Assembly: GCA_002502095.1 (NCBI GenBank)
Contig: DAPJ01000021.1
Span: 29,069 to 93,068 of the forward strand
Direction: 5' to 3'
Length of the DNA: 64,000 nt
Source: Euryarchaeota archaeon UBA62
GTDB lineage: Archaea; Thermoplasmatota; Poseidoniia; Poseidoniales; Thalassarchaeaceae
The position numbers and the translations under genes are program-made. Position 1 is the first letter of the stretch, and each line of letters begins with the position of its first letter. Of the stretch, positions 1 to 10,557 are shown in pieces. The notes beneath the pieces are model-generated. The model saw only the letters and a program-made list of their open reading frames with translations, did not search any database and had not been told where the DNA came from.

Positions 1-14
1 CTCAAGTCTTTGCT

Positions 15-719
15 TCACACCATATCCATCGATTCCAAGATATCATTTCCTGTTATCATAGGAATTCCATGCTCCTCAGCATATTTCCTAGCTTCCTGTA
101 GAGATAGTGCTCCATCGCCCTCAGGATCGAGCATCTCCGCGCCTATTGTACAGGGAATATTTCCGGAGAGCCTGGCTATGGCGACCGCCAATTCTGTATG
201 CCCCTGTCTCTTCGAAAGTCCACCAGGAGATTCCCTACAAAGAGGAATATGGCCCGGAGTTCTGAATTCCTTCCCCAAAGCTTCCATAGCTTCGGAGTTC
301 GAGAGTTCAGACACTTCCCCGGCCAGCTCACCAAACCTTCTAGTTGTCAATGCCCTGTCCCTGTCAGTAATCCCAGTATATGTTTCCCTGTGGTTCAGGG
401 ACAGAGTAAATGCCGATCTACTATCATATTGAAGGTCATTGGTAATCAACTCTCCAAGTACAGGATTATCTGCAACTATGGAAGGAGTTGAATGTATGTC
501 TTGAAGCCAAGGTAGTCCAAACTTCTCACCTATTTCGTCACCAATTGCGAGGAAAAGTAAACCCCCACAGTCTCTACGAAGCCTTCTCATTATTTCAGGA
601 GTCGCTCTGGCGGCCGGCCAAAGAAGATCAGTCTCTCTTTCTCTGAAATCCGAGTCAAAAATCATCACAGGATTCCCCAAGGAGAACGCTTCAATCGCCT
701 CAGCTATGCCATTGCCCAT
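15..719 (-). CDS. ribB: 3,4-dihydroxy-2-butanone 4-phosphate synthase (archaeal RibB type)
   Basis: Collinear with archaeal DHBP synthase as I recall it (MJ0055 type). Motifs: FDSDFRERETDL, RRDCGGLLF, NHRETYTGITDRDRA, FRTPGHIPL, RQGHTE. ORF-track start is 746; I prefer the internal ATG (MGNGIAEAIEAF) at 719. Confidence 0.85.
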   Translation of the reverse strand: MGNGIAEAIEAFSLGNPVMIFDSDFRERETDLLWPAARATPEIMRRLRRDCGGLLFLAIGDEIGEKFGLPWLQDIHSTPSIVADNPVLGELITNDLQYDSRSAFTLSLNHRETYTGITDRDRALTTRRFGELAGEVSELSNSEAMEALGKEFRTPGHIPLCRESPGGLSKRQGHTELAVAIARLSGNIPCTIGAEMLDPEGDGALSLQEARKYAEEHGIPMITGNDILESMDMV

Positions 720-877
720 GACTATCGGAGGGGCTACACATACCACTTATTTTCGGTCGAAGCATCTCCATTAGTGCCTATCCAACAAAAATTTCCAATC
801 TCCAGAGTGTATTATCTGAAGTTGAGTTGTAATATTTCAGTCCGAACCCCTAAACGTAACCAGTACCGGCCAACTCC

Positions 878-3800
878 ATGGCGGGACGTAGCGCAGCCAC
901 TGCATCATTCATCATCTTGCTAATGTTGCTACCATTGGCTTCCTCGGATATTCAGCCAATAGAGCAAGGAAAAGGAGGCTTAGATGCTGATGGAGTGTGG
1001 ACAGAAAGTGTGGAATCGGAACTACATTCTAACTGGTGGTCCCACTGGAGCAGAGATAAGGATCGCAATTCTTTGGACGATAGACTTGAATGGCTTCTAG
1101 ATCAACCCTCCCAAACCCAACAAGATTGGTGGAAGAGAGCAGAATCGGGAAGTGCCAGAATTTTCATCGATTATGACCACCATCCTTCCGATGCGGATGT
1201 TGAGGAACTGGAGAGCTTAGGGGTCAAAGTCACGTTTCGTCCCAAATATCTCGATACTGTTTCAGCAACTGCTCCGTTCGAAACTATACTTTCTCAAGAT
1301 GGAATCAGGTCTCTCCCCGGAGTAGTAATGATCGAGGATCTCGGTCTGGCAGAACCACACATGAATGAGGCCGTCCCTAACATGGGTGTCGATCAGGTTT
1401 GGACTGACTTCGGCTTTGATGGGACAGGCTCGGTAGTTGCTGTTCTGGATACCGGTGTTAGAGGAGACCATGAGGGCTTGAATGATATGGATGACGAGCC
1501 CTTTACTACAGGTTGTGAGCAACCTGACCCAGACCCCCTAGATCCAAACCCAATTTTTGTTGATTGCGATCCGAAGATTATAGCATTCTATGATGCAGTA
1601 TTAATGGATGCCGAACAAGACCCGTCCACTTCTTACGACTCAGGAACTCATGGGACCCACGTAGCTGGTATTGCGGTAGGTTCTGGAGGGGGACAAACCG
1701 ATCCTACCACTGGACAAAAGTATGTTGGAGCGGCTCCCGGAGCGTTTCTAATTAACATCTTAGCCTGCTGTGATGGAGATATAGAGGACGTTATCCAAGG
1801 GGCCCAGTGGGCCATAGAGAATAAGGACAAGTATGGAATCGACATCGTCACATCATCTCTTGGAGAACAGCAGCTAGAGGTTCACTTCGACAACAACGGC
1901 GACTCAGCTTGGAGTAGGCAGATGGATTCAGTTGTCGAGGCAGGAATCATCACCACTCTCTCAGCTGGTAATGAGTTCGGAGGGGCTACTTTTGCCGGCT
2001 GTAATACCATAGATAGTCCCGGTGATGCTCAACTTCCGGTCACTGTTGCGAGCCTAGATAAGGATCTAGGACTGGCTATTTACAGCAGTCGAGGCTATAC
2101 TTCTGATGGTAGAGTGAAGCCAGATGTTGCAACTATCGGATCCAACATCATGGCTCCCGACGCGGCATCTAGTGATGGATATACTAGCAAGTCAGGAACT
2201 AGTATGGCTACACCACTCATGGCAGGTATCGCCGCATTGATGGTAGAGGCAAATCCGGATATCACCCCTACAGAATTCAAGGATATTATTTCAGCTCATT
2301 CTATCGAGAGAGATTTGCAACTTCTCGATGATCCAGGATTCAATGATTGTAGTATACTAGAGACTCGTCCAGATAACGAGTTTGGATATGGGCAGGCCGA
2401 TCCACTGGCCTTTGTGGAAGCCGCGGGAAGCATTGACAGATCACTAAATGTCAGTATGAATCTCGAGACACTACAAGAAATTGGAAACCAGTCATACGTT
2501 TCAGGAACAGCTTCTGGCGTTGCTCCTGGGATGGGGATTGTAGAGGTCAGAGTAGGTGGCGGAGAATGGAAGGGGGCGGCCGATCTGAAGGGCGATTGGA
2601 GTGAGTGGAGAGTAAAGCTTGACCCTCATATCGAATCTGGAAACTCTACCATTTATGCCAGACTGGTAGTAAGCGAAGATAGTATTTCTCCTGTAGATGC
2701 AAGGAGAATCATTCTAGTCGATGGTGATGCTTCTGAGATAATGTCAGGAGACATGATGCAATTCGGCCTCTCTGTATTCCTGCTCCCGTTTTTGGGTGCG
2801 GTGGCACTAATCGCATTCATTGCTTTTAGGGAACGCTGGGATAAGAAGATAGATCTCTCTAGCAAGGGGTCAGATTTACCATCTAAGTTGATGTCAAGTG
2901 TGGAAGTCATGAATCCGGTTCGCTATTCTGGGTACGTTAAGTCGTCGATCGAAGCTTGGAAGGATGGAAAGTCACTTGCTGAGAATCAGTTCAGAAGGTA
3001 TGTATCACTCTCGATATTATACACGGCTCAGGGACTCCCACAGGGATTCACTTATGTTGCATTCCCTGCTTTCTTGGCTGTTAACGACGTCAGCCCAGTC
3101 GCCATAGCGCAACTTTGGGCCGCGATAGCTCTGCCATGGACATTCAAATTTGTATGGGGCCCGATGGTGGATGGTATCCAAGCCCCGTCCTATGGACGGA
3201 GGAGGCCTTGGATACTATTCGCACAAACGGGGATGGTAGTAACGCTGGGAGCACTACTATTCGTTTCAAATCTAGCTGAATCTATACAATTAGTTACGCT
3301 GATGCTGTTCATTCACAATCTATTCTCATCATTGCAAGACGTAGGTGTCGATGCACTAGCAGTAGATGTACTGCAACCGGATGAAGTCGCCAAGGCAAAC
3401 GGATTCATGTTTGCAGCTAAGAGGGCTGGATATATCTTGGGTGGAGCGATTCTGGGTATAATGGCCACTAAGTTTGGAATCAAATCGGCTATAGTAATTC
3501 AACTACCATTGTTGGTAATAATCATGGCTCTTCCATTGTTCTTGAGGGAAAGGCCAGGGGACAAGCTCTTCCCCTGGAGTGCCGCCAGAAGCTCCAGTCT
3601 TTGGGATACTAAAGAACAGGAGCCAGAGGACGTAGATGATGAAAGTTCAGATTCCTCCGAGTTAGAAGTTCCATGGACAGAGAATGAGGAAGATGATCCT
3701 TACAGGGCAGCTCATTGGACTGCTAAGAATCTAGTTTCCAAGAATATCTCCCTATCTGCAGCTGTTCTTTGGGTGTCTATTTCCCTAATTCTTCTGGCTA

Positions 3801-4693
3801 TGGTAGTTTACATCGGAGGGGTACTGGTTGAGGAAGACTGGCGAGATCGTCCTATTTTATTCATGGATATAGTTGATTTTGGAGTAGTTTCTATATCCCT
3901 AGTAATTCTTTTACAGCTATTCCAGAAACTAGGAATCAGACTTCCTAAAGTACCAAATCCGTTTGCCCGATTATTGATGGGCCCCGCAGTTACATCATAC
4001 AATATTGTGAAGGGATTCTCCCTAAGATCCTCATTCCTACTAATCTTCCTATGCCTCCTCTCGGAATTGTATCTTTTCGTCGACCCTATTATACTGGATA
4101 TTTTCATCAATGAGGCTGGGTGGGAGATGGACAAATACAGCGCTGTAATGGGAGGGGTAGTGATAGCTTTCCTCATGGCAGGGCAACTGATAGGTGGATT
4201 CCTGGGTGATCGATTCGGCGTTAGGGAGGTGGCCATGATTGGGTTCACCCTATTGGCCCTGGCTAATGCAGGACTCGCTCTGTTGCAGGGATACTGGGAA
4301 AATACAACTATCATGGTCGCCTACCTATGTCTAAGGGCAATAATCAACGGATTGGCTTGGATTTCTATAATATCTGTATCTATGCGATTAACCTATAGTA
4401 AGGCAGGAGGGACCCAATTCACGGCATACATGTCCATGTTCAATCTTTCAGGTGTCATCGCACTAAGTCTGACAGGCAAGGCGATCGAAATCATGGATTA
4501 TATCTCAGCATTGTATCTAGGAGCGGCGCTCACGCTAATGACAGTGATATTCCTAGTCTTCATTGATCCAGATGAATGTGATAGGGTTTTGGAAGGGAGA
4601 CTAGATGATGAAGATGAGAATTATGGAGGGGACTTAGGAGAATCGTCTGAGGTATGGTGGGAGGAAGGCGAACCGGATGTCGTCTCTGCTTGA
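878..4693 (+). CDS. Fusion protein: secreted subtilisin-like S8 serine protease, TM anchor, AmpG-family (PAT family) MFS permease
   Basis: N-terminal signal-like segment (FIILLMLLPLASSD). S8 catalytic triad motifs VAVLDTGV, HGTHVAG, SGTSMATPLMAG. TM helix FGLSVFLLPFLGAVALIAFIAF. AmpG-like signatures follow: LYTAQGLPQGF, LPWTFKFVWGPMVDG..YGRRRPWIL, SSLQDVGVDALAVDVL. Multiple further TM helices run to the C-terminus. One uninterrupted 1271-codon ORF. Confidence 0.8.
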   Translation: MAGRSAATASFIILLMLLPLASSDIQPIEQGKGGLDADGVWTESVESELHSNWWSHWSRDKDRNSLDDRLEWLLDQPSQTQQDWWKRAESGSARIFIDYDHHPSDADVEELESLGVKVTFRPKYLDTVSATAPFETILSQDGIRSLPGVVMIEDLGLAEPHMNEAVPNMGVDQVWTDFGFDGTGSVVAVLDTGVRGDHEGLNDMDDEPFTTGCEQPDPDPLDPNPIFVDCDPKIIAFYDAVLMDAEQDPSTSYDSGTHGTHVAGIAVGSGGGQTDPTTGQKYVGAAPGAFLINILACCDGDIEDVIQGAQWAIENKDKYGIDIVTSSLGEQQLEVHFDNNGDSAWSRQMDSVVEAGIITTLSAGNEFGGATFAGCNTIDSPGDAQLPVTVASLDKDLGLAIYSSRGYTSDGRVKPDVATIGSNIMAPDAASSDGYTSKSGTSMATPLMAGIAALMVEANPDITPTEFKDIISAHSIERDLQLLDDPGFNDCSILETRPDNEFGYGQADPLAFVEAAGSIDRSLNVSMNLETLQEIGNQSYVSGTASGVAPGMGIVEVRVGGGEWKGAADLKGDWSEWRVKLDPHIESGNSTIYARLVVSEDSISPVDARRIILVDGDASEIMSGDMMQFGLSVFLLPFLGAVALIAFIAFRERWDKKIDLSSKGSDLPSKLMSSVEVMNPVRYSGYVKSSIEAWKDGKSLAENQFRRYVSLSILYTAQGLPQGFTYVAFPAFLAVNDVSPVAIAQLWAAIALPWTFKFVWGPMVDGIQAPSYGRRRPWILFAQTGMVVTLGALLFVSNLAESIQLVTLMLFIHNLFSSLQDVGVDALAVDVLQPDEVAKANGFMFAAKRAGYILGGAILGIMATKFGIKSAIVIQLPLLVIIMALPLFLRERPGDKLFPWSAARSSSLWDTKEQEPEDVDDESSDSSELEVPWTENEEDDPYRAAHWTAKNLVSKNISLSAAVLWVSISLILLAMVVYIGGVLVEEDWRDRPILFMDIVDFGVVSISLVILLQLFQKLGIRLPKVPNPFARLLMGPAVTSYNIVKGFSLRSSFLLIFLCLLSELYLFVDPIILDIFINEAGWEMDKYSAVMGGVVIAFLMAGQLIGGFLGDRFGVREVAMIGFTLLALANAGLALLQGYWENTTIMVAYLCLRAIINGLAWISIISVSMRLTYSKAGGTQFTAYMSMFNLSGVIALSLTGKAIEIMDYISALYLGAALTLMTVIFLVFIDPDECDRVLEGRLDDEDENYGGDLGESSEVWWEEGEPDVVSA

Positions 4694-4943
4694 ACACCTT
4701 AGGTCCGCAGATACGGACTTTCTATTCTTCAGTCAAACAATTTGTCCATACTGTACTAGGGCCGCCCGAACCCTGGAAGCTAACAATCTAACATATACCG
4801 AGATTAATTTGGATCACTATGAGGGCCTTAGACAGAAGATCATCATCGAGACGGGCCATAGAACAGTTCCTGTGGTTTTTGACTTGAGGCAGGATTCGCC
4901 GATATTTGTCGGGGGATCCGATCATCTGATTGACTATCTTTGA
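4677..4943 (+). CDS. Glutaredoxin-like protein (CPYC active site)
   Basis: 88 aa. CPYC motif early in the protein, then TVPVVF and GGSDHL, the classical glutaredoxin layout. Start overlaps the end of the upstream fusion gene. Confidence 0.75.
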   Translation: MSSLLEHLRSADTDFLFFSQTICPYCTRAARTLEANNLTYTEINLDHYEGLRQKIIIETGHRTVPVVFDLRQDSPIFVGGSDHLIDYL

Positions 4944-5524
4944 GAATTTTCTGCAATCTCAGAGACCTGCTCACGCATCTCCTCAAATTGATTGAGATTG
5001 ACCATATGTCCCTTTTCATGTTCCAATCTCGTTACGGGCCAACCAGATTCCTCAAAGATTTCGATATGTTCTATACCCACATCAAGTGGGACCAAATGAT
5101 CGCGTTCTCCATGCATCCATATCACTGGCCGGGGCTTCAGGAATGGAAGTACCCCTCTCAATTCATCAGGCCTGGCCGTTTTTGTAGCAATCAATACTAG
5201 TCCGACTATAGAACTACTCGCCTTAGTCTCTAGCAAGGCCGATGCCATCGCACCCCCCTGGGAGAAACCACCAACAATTATCGGGCCATCTGGTATTATC
5301 TCCAAGATTCCTGATAATGAGTCTTCCATTTGGGATATCGACTCGTCCTCAGAGACGCCCCCCTCAAAAAGCCACCATGCAAAACCTCCTCTCGTAGGAT
5401 GCCTAATCTTAGCCTGAGGGCATAAAGTCGACCATCCATCAGGGGTTAGTCCCCGTGCGAGCTCTTCCATCTTTTCAGATGTCCCAGTCATTCCATGCAT
5501 CATTATGAGCGTACCCTTGCTCAT
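4934..5524 (-). CDS. Alpha/beta hydrolase, phospholipase/carboxylesterase family
   Basis: 196 aa. Nucleophile elbow GFSQGG. Late conserved Asp and His (ERDHLVP, EKGHMV), typical of the small carboxylesterase family. Confidence 0.65.
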   Translation of the reverse strand: MSKGTLIMMHGMTGTSEKMEELARGLTPDGWSTLCPQAKIRHPTRGGFAWWLFEGGVSEDESISQMEDSLSGILEIIPDGPIIVGGFSQGGAMASALLETKASSSIVGLVLIATKTARPDELRGVLPFLKPRPVIWMHGERDHLVPLDVGIEHIEIFEESGWPVTRLEHEKGHMVNLNQFEEMREQVSEIAENSQR

Positions 5525-5532
5525 CTAATCCC

Positions 5533-6501
5533 TCACAGATTCCATTGGAAAACCAATGCTCCGGCAACCTTGAGGTGGATGTATGAAGATTGGCCACGAA
5601 CCGTTACAGTAAGCGAGTATTCTCCAGAGTTGGAGGGTATAGTGCCTATGGCACCCTTTTCTGTCGCTCCTGACCCCCATGCACGAGTAAGGGGAGAAGC
5701 TCCAGCATGATCCTTCATTGTTAGGGAACCGGAAGATGCCCCATTAGATGCAATTTCTACATCAAGATACCAAACTAAGGTATCCCAATCTCCTTCTGTT
5801 GGGTGCCCATCGTCGAAAAATGAGTCATATATTTCCTGGTCATTCTCCTCATACAGCCGATCAATCAAGTCTCTAGCTCTATAGAAGAAAACGTCTCCTT
5901 GATAGTTTGATCTGGCGACATTCAAATCCATACGTAACTGGTTCCTTCCCTCCGAGTCTTCCCAAACTAGCCTTTCTAGGAAACCATCACTTCCGCTGAA
6001 TGTATATTGCAATTCATGACCTTCAGAAGATTCAGCACTTACTCTGGCATTTCCATTGTTTATGGAAACAGTAGTAGCACTCCACTCTTGGCCGAATAGC
6101 GTGAATGACCACTCATCACCGATGACCCATGGAAATGAGAATACTTGTTGTGGTATCCCATTTTCGTATACTGACAATCCATCAATTGTCATTCGGCCCA
6201 GAAATGGATTATGGTTGATTACCGCGTGTCTTTGAGCTTCTCTCTCAGAGGAAATACCGACTTGATAATCTCCTGATTCGTTATCAATTTCTGCTACAAC
6301 CAACCTAGCGCTATCTTCTCCGAATTGTGGTGTGATGAATGTGTACAGCCAATTATTTCCAACTTCCCATTCTGGGAGAATCATATCATCATCCACAGAT
6401 TCTCCCGATTGCACAGAATCGCCTGTCTCAATGCAACCCGAGACAATACATATCGTCATCAAACAGGCCATACCAATTGCAGACCTGCCACTCATGCCCA
6501 T
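5533..6501 (-). CDS. Hypothetical secreted lipoprotein
   Basis: N-terminal hydrophobic segment ending in a lipobox-like VSGC. No recognised catalytic motif. Lies 8 nt upstream of the esterase on the same strand. Confidence 0.45.
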   Translation of the reverse strand: MGMSGRSAIGMACLMTICIVSGCIETGDSVQSGESVDDDMILPEWEVGNNWLYTFITPQFGEDSARLVVAEIDNESGDYQVGISSEREAQRHAVINHNPFLGRMTIDGLSVYENGIPQQVFSFPWVIGDEWSFTLFGQEWSATTVSINNGNARVSAESSEGHELQYTFSGSDGFLERLVWEDSEGRNQLRMDLNVARSNYQGDVFFYRARDLIDRLYEENDQEIYDSFFDDGHPTEGDWDTLVWYLDVEIASNGASSGSLTMKDHAGASPLTRAWGSGATEKGAIGTIPSNSGEYSLTVTVRGQSSYIHLKVAGALVFQWNL

Positions 6502-6540
6502 GCGACAGGGGTTACAGTCAAGAGACTGACGCTTTGATTA

Positions 6541-8595
6541 TCAGAGTAATCCAGCGATAACAACCGATACTATTGACATCAGCTTGATCAGAATGTTCAG
6601 GGAAGGGCCACTAGTGTCCTTGAAAGGATCTCCGATGGTATCCCCAACAACAGCAGCCGAGTGAGCGTCATCTCCCTTTTCTGCTCCATCAATTTCTCCC
6701 TGCTCAATAGCCTTCTTTGCATTGTCCCAAGCTCCTCCTGCGTTGGCCATGAATAGTGCCATTAGAACTCCAGTAGCTGTAGCACCGGCCAATGTACCGC
6801 CAAGAGCGGCAGGACCCAGCACTAGTCCAATAATTACTGGGCTGGAAATTGCTATCAGTCCAGGCATGATCATCTCCCTAAGAGCAGCTTGAGTAGAAAT
6901 ATCTACGCATGTTGCACTATCTGGTTCGACACCTTCCTTTCCTTCTAGAAGACCCTCAATTTCCCTGAATTGACGCCTGATTTCAGTTATCATAGCTTCA
7001 GCAGCTCTACCGACGGATTTCATAGTCATGGCGGCTACTACGAAGGGCAGTCCACCTCCGATAAGAAGTCCAATTACCACATCTGGATTGGTAAGTGAAA
7101 GATCAGCAGCGCTCAGTGATGCACTGGTTTTGTAGGCCGCGAAGAGAGCCAATGCAGTTAGAGCGGCACTCCCAATAGCGAATCCTTTTCCTATCGCAGC
7201 AGTGGTATTTCCTATAGAATCGAGGCCATCCGTAATGTCTCTGACTTCTTTTCCTAAACCTGACATCTCAGCAATTCCACCAGCGTTGTCAGCAACAGGC
7301 CCATATGCGTCAACTGTCATTGTAACTCCAACAGTACCTAGCATTCCCATTGCTGCCATCGCTATGCCGTAAAGTCCCATATCCCCGCCGTTCATCACAT
7401 CGTTAGCGCCATATATTCCTGCAGATATCAGTAATACTGGAACCATCACAGACTCCATCCCAACAGCTAGTCCCGCTATAGCGTTAGTAGCACTACCTGT
7501 CTTGGACGCCTCCCCGATGTACGGTATCGCCTTTACTTTGAAACCAAATACAGGTTCTATTCCAGTGTAGTACTCAGTAACTAATCCGATCAGGATTCCC
7601 ACCAAGCTACCAATCGCAACTGCAAATATGACTTGGGTATCCATATCATAGTAGTCTAGAGCTAGATAGCCCACTCCTATGAAGAGACCCGCTCCAATGA
7701 AAGTAGTATTTCTTAGAGCCGCTCCAGCATCCATATTCTTCATCGCTGAGATTGAGAATACGCCAACTATAGATGCAAGATATCCGACGATAGCCAGAAG
7801 TATTGGTATCATCAGATATTCAGATCCCATCTGGTCGCTAGCAGATGCAATCACCATGGCTGCAATAATTGAACCTACGAAAGATTCGAAGATATCAGCA
7901 CCCATACCAGCAACATCTCCAACGTTGTCACCAACGTTATCTGCAATAACGCCAGGATTTCTCGGGTCATCCTCAGGTATTCCAGCCTCGACTTTTCCTA
8001 CCAGATCAGCTCCAACATCAGCGGCTTTGGTGTATATTCCGCCACCAACGCGAGCGAAAAGAGCAATTGATGATGCACCCATACCAAATCCAGCAATATT
8101 AGCTACTGTTAGAAAATCTGTCTCTGTGAAGTAGAACATCAATGAGATTCCAAATAGTCCCAGTCCTCCAACTGCTAGGCCCATTACAGCTCCTCCATTG
8201 TATGAGGTAGTTAGTGCGGCTGCCTGGCCTCCACTAGCCGCTGCTTGGGCTGTTCTGCCATTGGCGCTAGTGGCAGATTTCATTCCACTGAATCCTGCGG
8301 CACCGCTACATAGTGCACCTATTATGAATGCTACAGTTGTCTCCATTCCAAGGTCATCGTTATAGCTCCCCCCGACAAACAAAAGAGCGGCTACGACAGC
8401 TATGAATATGGTGAGCATTCTGTATTCTGCGACCATGAAAGCCATGGCTCCATCTTGAATACGCTCAGTGATTTTTGCAACTGTCTTGTTCTCAATCTCT
8501 ATTGAATCAACTTTCCTGTATAGCATGAATGCGACAAGTAGGCCGAATACGCCTACTCCCATTCCAATTGTTCCTAGTGTCTCTCCTTCTATCAT
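6541..8595 (-). CDS. hppA: Membrane-bound proton/sodium-translocating inorganic pyrophosphatase
   Basis: 684 aa polytopic protein. Signatures: [60 protein letters not shown]. Confidence 0.95.
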   Translation of the reverse strand: MIEGETLGTIGMGVGVFGLLVAFMLYRKVDSIEIENKTVAKITERIQDGAMAFMVAEYRMLTIFIAVVAALLFVGGSYNDDLGMETTVAFIIGALCSGAAGFSGMKSATSANGRTAQAAASGGQAAALTTSYNGGAVMGLAVGGLGLFGISLMFYFTETDFLTVANIAGFGMGASSIALFARVGGGIYTKAADVGADLVGKVEAGIPEDDPRNPGVIADNVGDNVGDVAGMGADIFESFVGSIIAAMVIASASDQMGSEYLMIPILLAIVGYLASIVGVFSISAMKNMDAGAALRNTTFIGAGLFIGVGYLALDYYDMDTQVIFAVAIGSLVGILIGLVTEYYTGIEPVFGFKVKAIPYIGEASKTGSATNAIAGLAVGMESVMVPVLLISAGIYGANDVMNGGDMGLYGIAMAAMGMLGTVGVTMTVDAYGPVADNAGGIAEMSGLGKEVRDITDGLDSIGNTTAAIGKGFAIGSAALTALALFAAYKTSASLSAADLSLTNPDVVIGLLIGGGLPFVVAAMTMKSVGRAAEAMITEIRRQFREIEGLLEGKEGVEPDSATCVDISTQAALREMIMPGLIAISSPVIIGLVLGPAALGGTLAGATATGVLMALFMANAGGAWDNAKKAIEQGEIDGAEKGDDAHSAAVVGDTIGDPFKDTSGPSLNILIKLMSIVSVVIAGLL

Positions 8596-8671
8596 GGTAT
8601 CAACCTGTATCGGTCCCGCGACAAAAGTCCTACTTATAATTCAAGCCGTAAAAAAACACTATTGAAGGCAA

Positions 8672-9574
8672 CTAAGGAGTATGTCCTAAAACCACATTGG
8701 CAAAAGATTCGAGAACTCCAGCACCATCATGGTCTCTCTGGAATGATAGCATCTCAGCTTCGCTAATGTGGCCCCATTGGAATGCACGCTCGATCCTGTG
8801 CTTAGCCGCTTCTGGATGGAATTGAACCCCCCATGCAGGTAACTTATCCCCATCAGCGCCCAGAACTCTAATTGCAGTAATCTCGTTATGGGAAGCAGAG
8901 CCAAGTAGGATAGAGTTTTGTGGCATAGTGACTACATGGTCTTGGTGAGAGTAAACTACGGCAGGACCAACGTCTTCCATCTTCCGTAAATCAAATAAGA
9001 CATCTTCATGTCCTTCCTCATTTAGTTTCATATTCCAAATTCCGCTCGACATACTATCTGCTCTAGTGACCTCTGAACCAAGAGATTTGCATAGAAGTTG
9101 GTGACCAAAGCAAATGCCGAGAGTAGGAGTCCCAGATTTCGAAGACACCCTCATTAGAGACGATGCGCCATCCATCCAACCTTCCCACATTGTGACATTT
9201 TTCCTTGAACCAGAGCAAACAACCGCATCGACCTTTATCGATTCTAGCCACTTGGCCATTTCGAGGTCTTCTCTTCCGGTTGGCAGTGCCACTCTGTAGA
9301 ATCTAGCAACATTCTCTCCCATGGGGACCTCACAACTTTCCCAGAATGGATAATCATAGTCCCAATTTGGAACATCTTTCTCTCCTATGAAGTAAAGCCC
9401 TTCTTCATTAGCCTTGATTCCAGATTCTTCAGATTGCATATGCGGAGTGAGTAGGAAGATATCGACATCTCCTTCCCTTGCAATCGGCTGAATAACTTCC
9501 TGGTTGCCACCATGTCCGAATTCGGATCTTTCAACAAGAAGGTCGAGTAATAGTATACGCCTAGTACGACTCAT
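8672..9574 (-). CDS. Class I glutamine amidotransferase-like protein
   Basis: GATase1 motifs GICFGHQLL (nucleophile Cys) and QFHPE. ORF-track start is 9697. I prefer MSRTRRILLLDL at 9574, which removes the overlap with the divergent NifU-like gene. Confidence 0.7.
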   Translation of the reverse strand: MSRTRRILLLDLLVERSEFGHGGNQEVIQPIAREGDVDIFLLTPHMQSEESGIKANEEGLYFIGEKDVPNWDYDYPFWESCEVPMGENVARFYRVALPTGREDLEMAKWLESIKVDAVVCSGSRKNVTMWEGWMDGASSLMRVSSKSGTPTLGICFGHQLLCKSLGSEVTRADSMSSGIWNMKLNEEGHEDVLFDLRKMEDVGPAVVYSHQDHVVTMPQNSILLGSASHNEITAIRVLGADGDKLPAWGVQFHPEAAKHRIERAFQWGHISEAEMLSFQRDHDGAGVLESFANVVLGHTP

Positions 9575-9634
9575 GCCAGTGGGAAGAGGCGATTGCTTGA
9601 AAGCCCCCCGTATGTACAGAGGTATGGGGCGGAC

Positions 9635-9913
9635 ATGGTAGATAAGCAGTTGATACTGGATTCTGTAGGCCCGGTTCAAGCAGTTCTTGATGCTCACGAT
9701 GGGGTTGTGAATGTCATCGATACTACTGCGGGAGTAATTTCTATTTCCCTAGAGGGTGGCTGTACCGGATGTAGTGCTACTCCGATGACAGCAATGCAAA
9801 TCTACTACTCCCTGATGAAATTAGAAGAAGTCAATGATGTAATATTTGTCAACGGCGAACTTCCTGCATACATGAGGTCCTTCATCGATGATAAGATAGG
9901 TGGAGAGAGCTAA
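9635..9913 (+). CDS. NifU C-terminal (Nfu-type) Fe-S scaffold domain protein
   Basis: About 92 aa with a GGCTGCSATPMT CxxC motif in the typical Nfu context. Start trimmed to MVDKQL. Confidence 0.6.
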   Translation: MVDKQLILDSVGPVQAVLDAHDGVVNVIDTTAGVISISLEGGCTGCSATPMTAMQIYYSLMKLEEVNDVIFVNGELPAYMRSFIDDKIGGES

Positions 9914-10326
9914 CGATTTTCTTTCTTCAGCTTCATAATTTGATGAGGATTAGCTTCGCCCTGAACATCCTTTCCTTTCAGGCTCATAGAAGCCGAAATT
10001 GCTACAATGACTGCTACAAGCGCCATAGGAAGTGCCACTGACTTCGACCCCCAGAGTTCTCCTCCCATGAAATTTAGTACGACTAAAAGAAATGCAGAAA
10101 CTACACACAGGGTAGCAATGGTTCTCTGAGCGAAAATCTCTCCTTTCATACTCCTCGAGAATGTACCTATAGACATCCATAGAATAACCGCTACACCGCA
10201 CATTCCTAGTGAAAGGGACTCTATCAGGTCAACCAGTCCGCTGTTCATGAACGTCCTAACTAGCAAACACTTGTGAGCGTTGGGGAGGCGGGTAGTAGTA
10301 TATGGCAAATAACGAACCTTCATCAA
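9910..10326 (-). CDS. Hypothetical membrane protein
   Basis: ORF with 3-4 hydrophobic helices and no recognised family. Start uncertain. Confidence 0.35.
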   Translation of the reverse strand: MMKVRYLPYTTTRLPNAHKCLLVRTFMNSGLVDLIESLSLGMCGVAVILWMSIGTFSRSMKGEIFAQRTIATLCVVSAFLLVVLNFMGGELWGSKSVALPMALVAVIVAISASMSLKGKDVQGEANPHQIMKLKKENR

Positions 10327-10347
10327 AAGAAAGCGTAACCGGGTAGC

Positions 10348-10557
10348 ATGAGTTTACTGCGCGGTCTCACACTTAGCTTAATCGCGCTACTTCCAGGGGT
10401 AATAGTCGGTGCTCTTGCATATCTTGTTATTGGAGGCAGTACCGATACCACCGAGTGGGAATCATGGATGTATCTGCCATGCTATGGCATCCCTCTTTTC
10501 TGTATGTTCGCGGCGTTTCTTTTCGGAATGAGATCCAGTAAGGTGGAAGAACAGTGA
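10348..10557 (+). CDS. Small hypothetical membrane protein
   Basis: 69 aa with two hydrophobic helices. The stop overlaps the nth start, suggesting coupling. Confidence 0.35.
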   Translation: MSLLRGLTLSLIALLPGVIVGALAYLVIGGSTDTTEWESWMYLPCYGIPLFCMFAAFLFGMRSSKVEEQ

